From the NCBI GenBank assembly GCA_043228905.1, contig JBHGNT010000013.1:682001-746000 (forward strand): a stretch of DNA of 64,000 nucleotides, in the 5' to 3' direction. Shown here piece by piece: positions 48,748 to 61,533 of the stretch. The position numbers and the translations under genes are program-made. Within the stretch, counting starts at the first letter, position 1, and each line of letters starts with the position of its first letter. Below the pieces are notes generated by a model. That model did no database searches, was not told the origin of the DNA, and saw only the letters and a program-made list of their open reading frames with translations. The stretch comes from Azolla caroliniana. Lineage: Eukaryota > Plantae > Polypodiophyta.

Positions 48748-49296
48748 TGTCATGAAGACATACATCTTGGCTTATCATGACATTCATCTTGGAGAACCAG
48801 GAATCGAACCCATAACCTCTTGGTTTACATATTGTACTTTAACCATTGTAATAACATATGTGAGATGTAATCATAATAATTATATGTTTAGTTATTACGA
48901 GATATTTAGAACATTCTAGATTATTCTAGAATGTTCTTGAATATTTCATGATTATATTTATTATTATTATTATTCATAAATATCTAAAATATTCTAGAAC
49001 ATTCTAGAATACTCCATAAGGGCCTATAAATAAGAGTCCATACACTCATCACAACTCATTCGGTTCAACACCAGTCTTTAGCCCTTAGTCTACTCCTTGT
49101 AATCTTCTTTCTCATAATATAATCGCATTCCCATTTCTTATCTCTCACTTATACTTTTCTCTCTCTCGCACTCTCTCCCTCTTTCACTCTCTTTTGCTAT
49201 CACTATCGCTATCTCTACCGCTCTCGCCATCTCTATCGTTATCGTTATCTCTATCGCCATCGCTCTCTCTCTGCTTCCTACTCAAGAGTCACGACA
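48748..49296 (+). repeat. 5' LTR of H
   Basis: TG...CA termini, TATAAAT at 49025, CT-rich U5. Confidence 0.95.
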
Positions 49297-49298
49297 GT

Positions 49299-49309
49299 TT
49301 GAACCGAAT
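49299..49309 (+). promoter_or_regulatory. Self-priming PBS of H
   Basis: TTGAACCGAAT is the exact reverse complement of ATTCGGTTCAA at 49058-49068, which starts 33 nt after the TATA box. Confidence 0.85.
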
Positions 49310-49381
49310 CTTTCTTTTCCCTTTCTCCAATAACCCTAGCAAGCTTTCTTCTTTATCCTTCTTTCTTTTTCCCCCGCGGTT

Positions 49382-50509
49382 ATGGAGTCGGTCAGCAAGC
49401 AAGAGTATATGCGTGTCCTTTCGGAGCTCGATATGCTCACCACTAAGTTTATGGCATTAGAGCAAGAAAATCAAAGGCTACTCGGGGATCTTCAACAAGT
49501 CAGTACTGAGAAAGCTCATCAATATGAGGAGTTATCACAACGGGTTCGTCAACTTGAGGCTACTATATTAACATTACGAGAACAAGCGGCGGGGGTTCAA
49601 AACTCCCCAAGGGAACCAAAGATTAGCCTCCCTGCCAAGTTTGATGGTACCAGATCTCTCTTTCGAGGTTTCCTGAATCAAGTTCGTTTGGTGATTCAGT
49701 TACATCCCAATCGGTATCCAACTGATGTTGCCCGTGTGGGATTAATAGGAACCTTGCTAAGCGGTACAGCGTTAGCATGGTTTGCACCACTTCTTGAGAA
49801 GAAATCACCATTACTGGAGGATTTCGAGGCATTCGTTAAGGAGTTTCAAGCTAGTTTTGGAGATACGGATAGCACTAGGACTGCAATAAACAAGATTCGA
49901 AGACTCCGACAAGGAGATCGTCCCGCTTCAGCTTATGCCGCAGATTTCCGTCTCTTGGCATGCGACATCCCTTGGGATGAGGCAGCCTTAATGGATCAAT
50001 TCCGTCAGGGTTTGCGTAACGATGTCAAAGATCTTCTTCTTACTTTCCATGAAGATCCAAAGTCTCTTACTGAAGCTATTAGCCGAGCTGTGCGATGTGA
50101 TAATCGCCTATTTGAGCGACGTTCTGAACGTCAACAAATGTTACGCCGCCAACCGGAACAGACATACGCTTCTATAGTCGCCACACCGCCACAAGGTTCT
50201 AGACCCGTTACGAGGGATGGTCCCACTCCGATGGAAATAGAGTCGACACAACGTCGAGGGCCCTTATCAGATGCTGAGAAACAACGACGTCGGGCGCATC
50301 GCCTATGCCTATACTGTGGTGGTCCAGGACATATAGCTGTGAATTGTCCACATAAACCCAGGCGTCAAGTTTACCAAGTAAGTGCACATGACAACCCTAC
50401 ATCAAGTTCTACTATCACTTCTAATAACTTAAGTACTAAGCCTAATAGCCCATGCCATGAGAATAGATTTGATGTCTTGAGCCAATTAGAGGATGTGTTA
50501 AACGAATAA
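49382..50509 (+). CDS. Gag of chromovirus H
   Basis: PAKFDGTR, LSGTALAW, LRQG, PTPMEI and CLYCGGPGHIAVNC. Confidence 0.93.
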   Translation: MESVSKQEYMRVLSELDMLTTKFMALEQENQRLLGDLQQVSTEKAHQYEELSQRVRQLEATILTLREQAAGVQNSPREPKISLPAKFDGTRSLFRGFLNQVRLVIQLHPNRYPTDVARVGLIGTLLSGTALAWFAPLLEKKSPLLEDFEAFVKEFQASFGDTDSTRTAINKIRRLRQGDRPASAYAADFRLLACDIPWDEAALMDQFRQGLRNDVKDLLLTFHEDPKSLTEAISRAVRCDNRLFERRSERQQMLRRQPEQTYASIVATPPQGSRPVTRDGPTPMEIESTQRRGPLSDAEKQRRRAHRLCLYCGGPGHIAVNCPHKPRRQVYQVSAHDNPTSSSTITSNNLSTKPNSPCHENRFDVLSQLEDVLNE

Positions 50510-53500
50510 GTCTGGCCAAAATAGGAGCCATTTGGTTGGACCATCCTAGTTATGTAGAGTCAGTACCTAGTTGTGGTTCCATTTCATCAAATCAAGTTAG
50601 TAGAGTTTTTTCTGCACAAGTCGAGCTTAGCACATCTACAGGTCATCGCGCCCTAGCCTCTGCCCTCCTAGATTCCGGAGCCAATTCTTGTTTCATGGAT
50701 CGCGAGTTTGCATTGACTCAAAACATCATCTTGAAAAAACTCCCAAACCCAGTAGCTGTAGGAGTCATCGATGGTCACCCTATAGCATCAGGAGATATAG
50801 TCGAAGAGTTTGAACCAATTCGTGTAGTCCTAGGTAATTTGGCTAGTGTCATCTCATTTAACATCATTAGTAGTCCGGAGCACTCTCTAGTTCTTGGTCT
50901 TCCTTGGTTTGAGTTACATAACCCAACCATTGATTGGAGAAAAAGAACTATTGAAGAGGTCACCGTACAATCCAAGTCTCTTGAAGCTCCAACTAAGGAT
51001 CTAGGATCCCCCACAATTTCAACAATCTCTATACATCAATTACGAGAGGATGGAAGAAAGGAAGACATGATGGTATTTGCGGTTTTAGCAACTCCCTCAT
51101 CTAGCTCACAAGAATTGGGGGTCCAACTACCAAAGAAGTACATAGAATTCTCCGATGTGTTCGATAAGGTGAAGGCTAATAGACTACCAGAGCATCGACC
51201 ATATGATTGCCCAATTGATTTGCAGCCAAGAAAAGAGCCTCCATGGGGACCAATTTATAATCTTTCGCCCACGGAGTTAGAGGTTCTTCGAGAATATATC
51301 AATGAGAACTTGGCAAATGGTTTTATCCAACATTCAAAATCTCCTGCTGGTGCACCCATCTTTTTCGTTAAGAAGAAAGATGGTACGCTTCGTATGGTCG
51401 TGGATTATCGAGGCTTGAATAAAGTGACCGTTAGAAACCGATATGCTCTCCCATTGATCTCAAGCCTTCTAGAACGCCTCAGTGAAGCAAAGTATTTCAC
51501 GAAGTTAGATCTTCGAGGTGCCTACAACCTTGTTCGAATTCGTCCTGGGGATGAATGGAAGACGGCGTTCCGCACTCGCTATGGTCATTTTGAGTACACA
51601 GTGATGCCTTTTGGCCTCACGAATGCACCAACAGTCTTCCAACATATGGCGAATGATATTTTTCGAGACTTCCTCGATATCGTCATCATTGTTTACCTGG
51701 ATGATATCTTGATCTACTCAAAAACTCAAGAAGAACATGATATACATGTTCGCCAAGTTTTGCAACGGCTACGAGAGTATGGTCTCTATGCAAAATTGGA
51801 GAAGTGTAGTTTCGACCAACGTCAAGTGGAGTTTTTGGGGTACATAGTCTCTTCAAATGGCATCTCTATGGATCCATCAAAGGTTCAAACAATTTTGGAT
51901 TGGCAAACACCACAGTCCGTGCGAGATGTGCAATGTTTTTTGGGGTTCGCAAACTTTTATCGCAAGTTCATCAAAGATTATTCAAAAATTGTGTTGCCCC
52001 TCACTCAACTGACGCACAAGAATCGATCATTTGTATGGAGTATAGATGCGAACTCTGCATTTGAGGGTTTAAAGCAAGCATTTACATCCGCACCAATCTT
52101 AATCCATGTCGATCCAATGAGGCGCTTTATACTTGAAGTTGATGCATCGGATTTCGCACTCGGAAGTGTACTATCCCAAATTGGTGATGATGGTGAACTG
52201 CACCCGGTGGCTTTTCATTCACGAAAATTTGAAGCCGCAGAAATCAACTATGAGATTCACGACAAAGAGCTTCTTGCCATTGTGGATTCTTTTCAACAAT
52301 GGCGTCATTTTCTGGAGGGTTCTTCTCAGCAGATTATTGTCTACAATGATCATAAAAATCTAACATACTTTCAAAGTGCTCGAGTCTTGAATCGACGACA
52401 AGCTCGTTGGGCGCAGTTCTTAACTCGTTTCGATTTTGTAATTCTATATCGCCCTGGGATGCAACAAGGAAAAGCAGATGCTTTATCTAGACGTTCGTAT
52501 ATGGAACTTCAACCTGGAGAGGCCGCATTTGAAAGCCAAAAGCAAATCCTCTTAGGTGCTGATCGTCTACGAATAATGGCAATGCATACCATCAACACAC
52601 CGGGAGATTCAAGGCTTCTTGATTCCATTCGTGAGCAGATTGCGACTGATGCGTTCGCCCAAGAGGTTTTGAGCCATATTATCCCAAATCGTGCATCTAG
52701 CTCCTAAACTCAAAATCCTCGTCTAGACTACACCCAGTTTAGTTGGCATGATGGGTTACTTTTTCGACAAACTCTCTTGTATGTGCCTGACGGTCCTTCT
52801 CGACTCAAAGTCATGCAACAATGTCATGACACACCAATGGCGGGACACTTCGGCATCCACAAGACTTTTGAGTTGATTTCTCGCCGATATTGGTGGCCAC
52901 GGCTTCGCCATTTTGTTACGGATTATGTTCGTAGCTGTGATACATGTTGCCGATCAAAAAAGCCTCGACATCATCCATATGGCTTATTACAGCCAATGCC
53001 TATTCCGGAGAGCCCATGGAAATCTATTTCCTTGGACTTTATTACGGATCTTCCACCTTCCAAGGGATTTGATTCGATTCTCACGGTTGTCGATCGTTTT
53101 ACGAAGATGGCACATTTCCTTCCATGCACAAAGACCATTACTAGTCAAGAGACAGCTGATTTACTCATGCGGGAGGTGTTTCGCCATCATGGTCTTCCGG
53201 ATGATATTATCAGTGATCGGGGTCCCCAATTCATCTCGAAATTTTGGCGGCACATGTTCAAACTCTTACATACTTCTTGTAAACTCTCTTCCGGCTACCA
53301 TCCAGAGACTAATGGGCAGAGTGAGCGCACCAACCAAACAGTCGAGCAATATCTACGTTGTTTTGTCAACTATCAACAAGATGATTGGGTGGATTTACTA
53401 CCTTTGGCAGAATTTGCTTATAACAACTCCGAGCATTCTTCTACTGGATATTCCCCATTTTTTGCAAACATTGGGTACCATCCTCGTTGGACGATGCTTG

Positions 53501-54141
53501 AACATCCTGAACTCCCAAAAAACCCAGCTGCTGAAGATCGGCTCACTCGACTCCAAGAAGTTGAGGATATGCTTTTGCATCATTTATGTGAAGCCCAAAA
53601 CACTCAAAAGAAGATTGCTGACCGTCATCGGCGTGATTCATCGACTACATTTCAAGTAGGCGATCGTGTATGGCTCTTACAAGGTAGCATTAAAACGACC
53701 CGACCTTGCTACAAATTGGATTATCAACGTTTTGGCCCATATGTCATAAGTGGTAAGATCAATGATGTGACATTTCGTCTTGATCTTCCTCCTCATATGC
53801 GTCTTCACCCGGTCTTCCATGTTTCACTTTTGGAGCCCTACACAACGAGCTCTATTCCGGGTCGTGTTACACCTCCCCCACCTCCAATTGACGTTTCCAA
53901 TGGCTCTGAATATGAGGTTGCCGCTATCCTCGACTCCAAGATCATTCGCAACAAACTATACTACTTGGTTGATTGGTTAGGCTATACACCTAATGATCGA
54001 ACATGGGAGCCTACCGAACATCTTGCCAATGCCTCCGACATGGTTGTTGCATTTCACAACCAATATCCTCATAAACCAAGTCTGAACTCTTTTCTTCCGA
54101 CTCGTGCAACTCGTCATCGAAAAGGGGGGATAATGTCATGA
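50497..54141 (+). pseudogene. Pol of H (PR-RT-RH-INT-chromodomain), -1 frame relative to gag, one in-frame stop at 52705
   Basis: LLDSGA, YLDD, DASD, GHFG..CDTC, SLDF, SDRG, GPY and YEVAAILD..YLVDW.GY..TWEP. Slippery-like GTTAAAC at 50497. Confidence 0.93.
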
Positions 54142-54682
54142 AGACATACATCTTGGCTTATCATGACATTCATCTTGGCGAACCAGGAATCGAACCCATA
54201 ACCTCTTGGTTTACATATTGTACTTTAACCATTGTAATAACATATGTGAGATGTAATCATAATAATTATATGTTTAGTTATTACGAGATATTTAGAACAT
54301 TCTAGATTATTCTAGAATGTTCTTGAATATTTCATGATTATATTTATTATTATTATTATTCATAAATATCTAAAATATTCTAGAACATTCTAGAATACTC
54401 CATAAGGGCCTATAAATAAGAGTCCATACACTCATCACAACTCATTCGGTTCAACACCAGTCTTTAGCCCTTAGTCTACTCCTTGTAATCTTCTTTCTCA
54501 TAATATAATCGCATTCCCATTTCTTATCTCTCACTTATACTTTTCTCTCTCTCGCACTCTCTCCCTCTTTCACTCTCTTTTGCTATCACTATCGCTATCT
54601 CTACCGCTCTCGCCATCTCTATCGTTATCGTTATCTCTATCGCCATCGCTCTCTCTCTGCTTCCTACTCAAGAGTCACGACA
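54134..54682 (+). repeat. 3' LTR of H
   Basis: Matches 48748-49296. Confidence 0.95.
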
Positions 54683-54879
54683 TAGTCGATGTTCCCTTAT
54701 CTTCTTAATCCTTTCTACTTCGTGTCGACTTGTTTTGAAGCCCAACATCCGAGGGCGTTTGGTTGTTCTTTGTGTTTCGACTTTCTCAAGGGAGAGGTCG
54801 AGCGGTGTAAGTGTATCCACATTCATCGTCTCCCCTTGTTCCCGAAAAATTACACTAGTTACAAGTTGATGAATAGTAA

Positions 54880-57800
54880 ATAGTAAAAGGGTTATGGTTA
54901 ACACTTTGTAATTTATTCTCCCTATGTTGTTTTAGGTCTATCTAATAGTTTGGAGAGGGTGGGAGAGGGTCCTAATATGTCTTGGTATTCCACTCGTATC
55001 TCGGCATAAGTTGGGCACTTGCATGTGAATTGATACTCATCCTCTATCTCTATGTGGCACAATCTACATAGCATGTCCTCCCTAGGGACTCTATTAGCCC
55101 GACCATTCTCAATCTCAAGTTGGTGAGACGATATCCTAAGTTTTCCAATGGCAACCCTTAGTGCATTTGATAAGAATGTATCTAGATATCTTCGTCATGT
55201 AATAAAACCTAGCTGAGAGAAGTTCAAGAAGTGTTCCTTATAGTACAACATTTTAGATGGGAGTGGATCTCGTGGGGTGATCCATTTATATCGAGTGTAA
55301 ATTTGCCATATTTCTTGGCGTATCACTTTATTACGGTCTTCATGAGATATTAGAGTTTGGTCAGTCCCATGGTTGTACTTAAGGGTGGGTAGGTTATTAA
55401 TGTCTATGCCGTTTGCAAGTAACCAACTCACCACAGTGCTATACCAAGAGCTAGTGTCTCTAGACGCATGTAGGGATCGAGATGCCTCAAAGGCTCGATG
55501 GGATATCCTATCTTGTGGTTGGTTATGTATCCGATGAATAAAAACTACCACTTGAAACATTGCTTCTACTAACATCGGGGGCAGACTGAACTCTGCTCTA
55601 ATAATGTCATGTCGTACTGTCGATTTGCTTCAAAGTTGACGTGATAACATCGTCACCAAAGGTCTCTCTAATTGCGTCCACATGACAGATGGTAGACTTG
55701 GAGCACATACTACTGATGCATTCATGAGGGAAGGGATCACTAATGAGTCGAAGAGCCATCCCTTAGTCCATGGCTCTTGAAGGTATGCATGGTGGCATTG
55801 TCTCTCTAAGAGTGAGAGGGATGCATACCCTCTCGTTAGCCTATCTTTGGCTGCCTGGGTCATCGAGAATTTACCTGAGCAAGCACTAAAAGTGACTCCC
55901 AGGTATACATATGATCCAACTACCTCAACTAGTTTATGAGAGAGGGTTAGGTGACATGTACTCCTAACTCGGGACAATGTATGAAAGATAAGGACTTTGG
56001 TTTTCGCTAGATTCACTACCAGTCCTCGTTGTGTACAAAAGTCATCTAGGGCATTAAGATGCTTTTGTAGGTCATGTTCTGACTCCGAGAGCAAGACAAT
56101 GTCGTCTGCGTAGAGTAAGAGACTAACTTGCGTATCCCCAATAGCTACTCCCTTGCCTCCCTTACGAGCAATAAAATCAGTGATCTCATCAATGTAGATC
56201 CCAAAAAGATTCTGTGATAGAGGGTAACCCTGTTTTACACCAATGGTGTTAGTGAAACAATCAGATAGGCCACCTAGGCATCTTACGCACGTAGAGACTT
56301 GCTCATATAGAGCATAAATGGCCCAGATCATGTCATTTGGTATCTCCAAGCTCTTAAGTCTATCAAACAACTTCTCCCTAGGAACTGTGTCAAACGCTTT
56401 GTAGAAGTCCACAAAGCAACAATATAGTTTCTTCTTACGAGCCTTCGTCTGGTCAATTAAGCACCTAAGTGTGAAGATATGGTCAATCAATAGTGGAGAA
56501 GGCGCGTCTAAAGCCAGCCTGCTCAGGTGCTCGAAGACTTAATGTTTCCATATAATCGCTAAGCTCCACTTCCATTACCGCACCATATAGTTTAGCGAGC
56601 GTATGGCCTATCATAATGGTCCTATATGTATTTGGGTCCATTGGGTCCCCTCCTTTATGTATAGGGGCCACTGTGTTCATGGTCCATTGTGGCGGAAAAC
56701 CCTCGGCAAGGGCGCGGTTGAAGATTAGAGTGAGAAAGGGGGCTAGGCACTCTCGAGCATATATGATGTGCTCGACTCGCAATCCTGTGTGGTCCATGGA
56801 TTTCCTATGTTGTAATTTTTTTATGACCTTCGTGACCCTAGATGTCGTGAAAAGTGTCCCCATGTTAGGTCGGGGTGTGGAAGGCATTGGGATGGGTGGT
56901 TAGTTTGGGACATGGTAGAGTCTCTCGATATACATGTGCCAAATATTGGGATCCTCGATGGGTGTTTGTGGTCGCGGTTCCCGTAGTCTCTTCCATGCAA
57001 GGGCACAATCCCTACTCATGAGCATATGGTAGAGTTCCCAATATTGGGATGCTTCCCAAGCTCTTCTTTTACGGCGTGTCATCTTGCGCATCTCTTTTCG
57101 AGCCTGTACTGAGGAAATAGTACCACCAAGTTGCGACACTTTAAGTTGTCTATAAAACTCTCTACAATCCTCGTCATACCACTTGTTCTGTGGCATAGAA
57201 CCTATTCTACTATGATTGGAGTGTTTCGTGTATGGGAAGCTACTAATTGTTGTTGAGTGAAGGGTGTGTGCAAGTTCTGTAGTGAGGTTCTCTAGAGGCG
57301 AGAGCAGATGTCAACGAGCTCATGCGTGAAATGTATTATGGTGTGCTAGTTTGGTTTACTAGAGTTGGTGGCGTGGGAGGTGTTGCATTTTAGCTCAAAG
57401 TATAGGAAGCTATGGTCTGCACCAATGGGGCATGGGGCCACCCGGAAGGAGTTATGTCTAAGTCTAAAGGGTTGACATTCACCATTTCGAGGTTTCTATC
57501 CATCTGAAATATTGTGCATTGTCGGGATTGGGTTCTCGCATTGACTTCCCCTTGAGAAGAATATCGGATTAGGTTATCCAATAAAGGTTTGTATGGAGAA
57601 GGCCCATGCGGCGTTCCTTCATCAACTATACTCACCTCTCCAGCCATATTATACCGGGATCCTTTCGGGGGGAAGTAACACACGGCGATAAATATCGCCT
57701 GGTTCTTGCTAATGAGGACTTTTACCCACATAAAATGGGCTTCTGGGTCTTTCTTTAGTATTTCTATCCTATTATGTATCTCTCTCTGGAATAGTATCAC

Positions 57801-58860
57801 AACCCCTCCAGACCCTCTAGTAGTATGTTGACATGAGGTTTGTCTAAAGACAAATTCCCAACGAAAACCGTCAACTCGTGGTAGTACTCGATTTGGGCTC
57901 TGATGGTTTCTACTAAAAAGAACTATGTCATATACCTTCAAAATCTCCTCTAGACGGCCAGGGTGTGTCCAAAGTGCATCGTTACAGTTCCATAAAGCCA
58001 TCCTAAGTTTATTGTTTGTCACATGGGCCACATGTCGTCAATTGGCGGCGCGATCATTTATGATCACACGTCTATCTCGGTAAAAAGCACGATGCCCCTC
58101 TTTACGAGCTTGTATGACTCGCGGCATACAAGTTTTATGATGCTCAATTTGCATCTTGGTCAAGTCTTCATCGAGGTAGATAGGGTTCCCGCCCAATCCT
58201 CAAAGAATTGGTCTCTTTTTAAAAAATGTGATTCTAGATTCTGAGTTCTTAAACTGAAGGAACAAAGCTCTTTTCCTAGTGGTGTCACGTCCTACCGTCC
58301 AAGTTTTAGTTATTGGTAGGGCTTTGTACCCCAACATTTTCCCTAATGTTTGTGCATCTTCGTCAGGAGATGCCCCTTCCCTGAGCCCAGTAACTCGTAC
58401 ATTTAGGCATCGAGCTTGACGCATTTTTTCCGCCTCAAGGGTAGTGTTTACAATATTTTCATCCTTTAGTTCCTTTTTAATATTACCTTTTTTTTTACAT
58501 CAACCCACCCAGTTTTTGCTAATTCCATATCGCTTTTAACCTCTTCCTTAACCTTTTTGATCTCGTCCTTAATATCCTCTAGGGAAGATATCTCACCATC
58601 TTCCCTAGATGTCTCAAGATCCTTAACTTGTTTCTGAAGGTTCGTGTTGTCTACTTTAAGTTTCATTATTTCAACAATAAGCACTTCTTTTTCTTCCTTA
58701 TCTTTTTGTTTTTCAGCTTCAATCTCTTTTGCCCATTTTTCTAGTTTAACTAAATGGTTAAGGACATCTAAAAATTATTCCTTACTTATAATTTCTTCGT
58801 GTGTTTCCTTATGGTTTCGTCTAGAAGTCATGTTGTAAATCAAAAGATAAAAGAAAGAAA
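54880..58860 (-). mobile_element. Near full-length degenerate RTEX-like LINE with ORF1 and ORF2 (APE, RT, Zn motif)
   Basis: ORF1 coiled coil and NVRVTGLRE at ~58060-58830. APE motifs ALWNC, GSGGV and VCYFPP. RT motifs YRTIMI, QAGFR, GVKQG, LLYADD and YLG. C-terminal LRISSHQLEIENG..C..E..C. Ends are approximate. Confidence 0.88.
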
Positions 58861-59199
58861 AGACAAAGAGGACAGAAAAAATTTAGTCGAGCATCCATGC
58901 CTTGCGCGCTAGGTTCGAGTGTAGAAGGACATGTATGCTTCAGCCGATTACATCGTCAGAAGCGTAGGTGATAGTGGGGACGGACAACAACGACAGCACC
59001 AACGACTACGCACGACAAGGGTGGCGGCAACGGAGACGGCCAAGAATGATGGCGACGGCGATAGTCGGCAGACGGTGACAACAGCGGCAGTAGTAGCGAC
59101 AGCGGCCGTAGATGGCGGCGGCAGCAGCAGACAGCAACGGCAACAGCAGAAAGAGTTGTTACTAGATAGAGGTAGGGAAAGAGAGAGAGAGAGAGAGAG

Positions 59200-59366
59200 A
59201 GTGGTTTCCAAACCAGTTTCCAAGCCTGTTTCTAAGCCGTTTATCAAACCGGTTTAAGGGTCTGTTTGGTTCAAGTTTGAGAACCCCAAAACGGTTTAGG
59301 CTTAACCGGTTTGACTTGGATCATGCTAAACCGGCTAAGCCTAAACCGAACCGTTGCCAATCGCTA
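59200..59366 (-). mobile_element. Probable terminus of a hAT-type DNA transposon/MITE
   Basis: Minus strand begins TAGCGATTGGCAACGGTTCGG, with clustered AACCG/CGGTT subterminal motifs. The partner end was not found. Confidence 0.5.
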
Positions 59367-60113
59367 GTAACTTGATGATAAGCCGAATTTGGTTGATGAA
59401 GTCATGAAGATACGCCCTCGTGCCGTTGAATTAGTCCGGTAGGCTGATGATTGGTTTGAGGACATATGGATGGGAAGAGGACATGGTCCGGCTAGGTGCC
59501 GACGGTGGTTGTGACTCGGCGGGTGGTGGATTTCTTGAAGTACCGGATTGCAACTCTCATAATGATTCCCGAAGGATTTCATTCTCTAGTTGAAGTTGTT
59601 GTAAGGCTGCCATGACTTGGTTTAGGGTGTCGAAGGAGCCGGACATGGTAGCAAGAAGAGGAACGAAGGTGAACAAACTGTCACGAACAAGTATAATAGA
59701 GTAGAGCGAAGACAAGACTAGAAAAGGGCTAGAAAACAAGAGAGAGGAAAAGAACAAGAACTCAACTTATAGAACCCATAACTAGTGTTGTTCACCTTGA
59801 TTAGAATCAAGGTGCACCTGAGTATTTATACAAGAAGGTAGGGCTATGTAAGCCAGCTAGAAATTGAGGATGCATGAGGATGCAGGAAATAGAGAATGCA
59901 TGAGGATGCATGCAATAGAGAATGCATGAGAATGTGTGCAAGCTAGAAATGAGGATGCATGCAAGCTAGGAATTTCCAATGTTCAATCTACACTACATGA
60001 AGTTGAACCTTTGGTACAAGGATGCATATGTAGCTCAATTGGTAGGGTTGCCCAATAGAGACCATGTGATTGGGTTCAATCCCTACCTTCATCCATGGCA
60101 TATGTCTATGACA
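59367..60113 (-). mobile_element. Element I: chromovirus-type 5' LTR (59679-60113), self-priming PBS and truncated gag start
   Basis: TGTCATAG...GTGACA termini and the same GACA-GTTTG junction as H. 11-nt complementarity between 59666-59676 and 59788-59798. gag-like start MSGSFDTLNQVMAALQQ. Confidence 0.8.
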
Positions 60114-61533
60114 TGTACAACCGTCTACTTGTAGAAACCGACATCTGCAAATGGGGCAGTGTCACCTGTGAGCTGTGTTTCGGGAAGAAGCCAAACTTGG
60201 CACACTTTAAGGTATTCGGTAGCATTGCATATGTGCATGTGCCGAAGGAAAAACGGAGGAAGTTAGACGCAAAAGCCGAGAAGTGTATCTTGATCGGCTA
60301 CTCGGATGAGCGAAAGACGTCCGAGTAAGCTGAGATGTCGTTTTCAACGAGTCAGTTTCGTGAAACTTTCCTTTGTCTCTAAACCCCGACAACTCCATTC
60401 TGAATTCTCAAGATAAGGACAGTGAGGCTAAGATGCCTCTAAATGAAGAAGAAATCAGAGCTCTAGAAGAGAGTCCGATCTCATTCCGGCTAAGTGGGTT
60501 GAATGAGGGACTGAGTCGGAATGACCAGTCGGATGAGGAACCGAGGAGGCAGTTCACACGGAAAGAGAAAGGGGAAGAAGAAGATGTCGGAATACGGCAT
60601 CGACAAGGATGAGTCGGATCGGACCGAATCCGACTATGAAAATCTAACCAGCGGCATCGTTTCAGATGAAGGACCTGGGGGACCTTTACTACTTCCTCGA
60701 GATCGAAGTGATCCATACCCCCAATGGCATATTATTGTCTCAGCGACATTATGTATTGAATATATTGTACAAGTTCGGCATGATCGAGTGCCGATCAGCC
60801 TCAACTCCCCTTGACCGGAATTAGAAGCTACGTCCCAACTCCGGACATGCCTGCAACAAGAAACGGTTCCAACAAATTGTCGGAAGCCTGATATATCTTA
60901 CTATCACTTGACCCAACATTAGCTATCTGGTCGGGGTGACAAGTCAATTTATGCACCAACCAACCGACGAGCACCTTCAGTGCGCTCATCGACTCCTGCG
61001 ATATGTGAGCAGCACTAAAGATCGGGGATTGTTATACCAACACGCATGAACAAATAAATAGTTAATCGGTTATACAGATGCCGACTTGGCTAGTAATGCA
61101 TCGGATTGTCGATCAAAATTCGGCTTTATGTTTTCCCTTGGTAGTGCGATTGTTGCGTGGAGCAGCAAGAAGCAACCGACAATGGCTCTGTCAAGCACTA
61201 AGGCTGAGTACCGAGGTACTACCGTCGCAATCTGTGAAGCCATATGTCTTTGATGGCTACAGGACCTCTGAATCAAAGTACCGACTCTGATTCCGATCTA
61301 CTATGACAACATAACTAGCATGCAGGTTGCCAAGAACCCTGTATTCCATGCTCAGACGAAGCACATAGAAGGGCATTATCACTTTGTGCTCGAGTTGGTC
61401 CTGAGCGGTGAAGTCAAACTCCGGTATGTTCAAACCAATTGGCAAGTTGTTGAAATCTTCACCAAACCACTCAGATCAGACAAGTTGATGCACTTTTCTG
61501 AGATCCTTGGTCTACAGCATCTCAATGTGTCGT
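60114..61533 (+). pseudogene. Degenerate, internally deleted Copia pol (integrase C-terminus, RT end, RNase H), D family
   Basis: FKVFGSIAYVHVPKEKRRKLD, GYTDAD, SSKKQ..ALSS..AEY, NPVFHAQTKHIE and IFTKPL. Confidence 0.85.

Larger units (their letters stand above)
48748..54682 (+). mobile_element. Element H: full-length chromovirus (Ty3/Gypsy, Tcn1-like, self-priming)
   Basis: 549-bp LTRs at 48748-49296 and 54134-54682 (one substitution seen). TSD TAGTC. PPT AAAAGGGGGGA at 54120-54130. Chromodomain at the integrase C-terminus. Confidence 0.97.

Noticed and set aside
48789-48860. Functional tRNA genes here, at 43475-43545 and at 60020-60095
   Set aside because: Acceptor and anticodon stems do not form a convincing cloverleaf, so they are treated as tRNA-derived sequence only.
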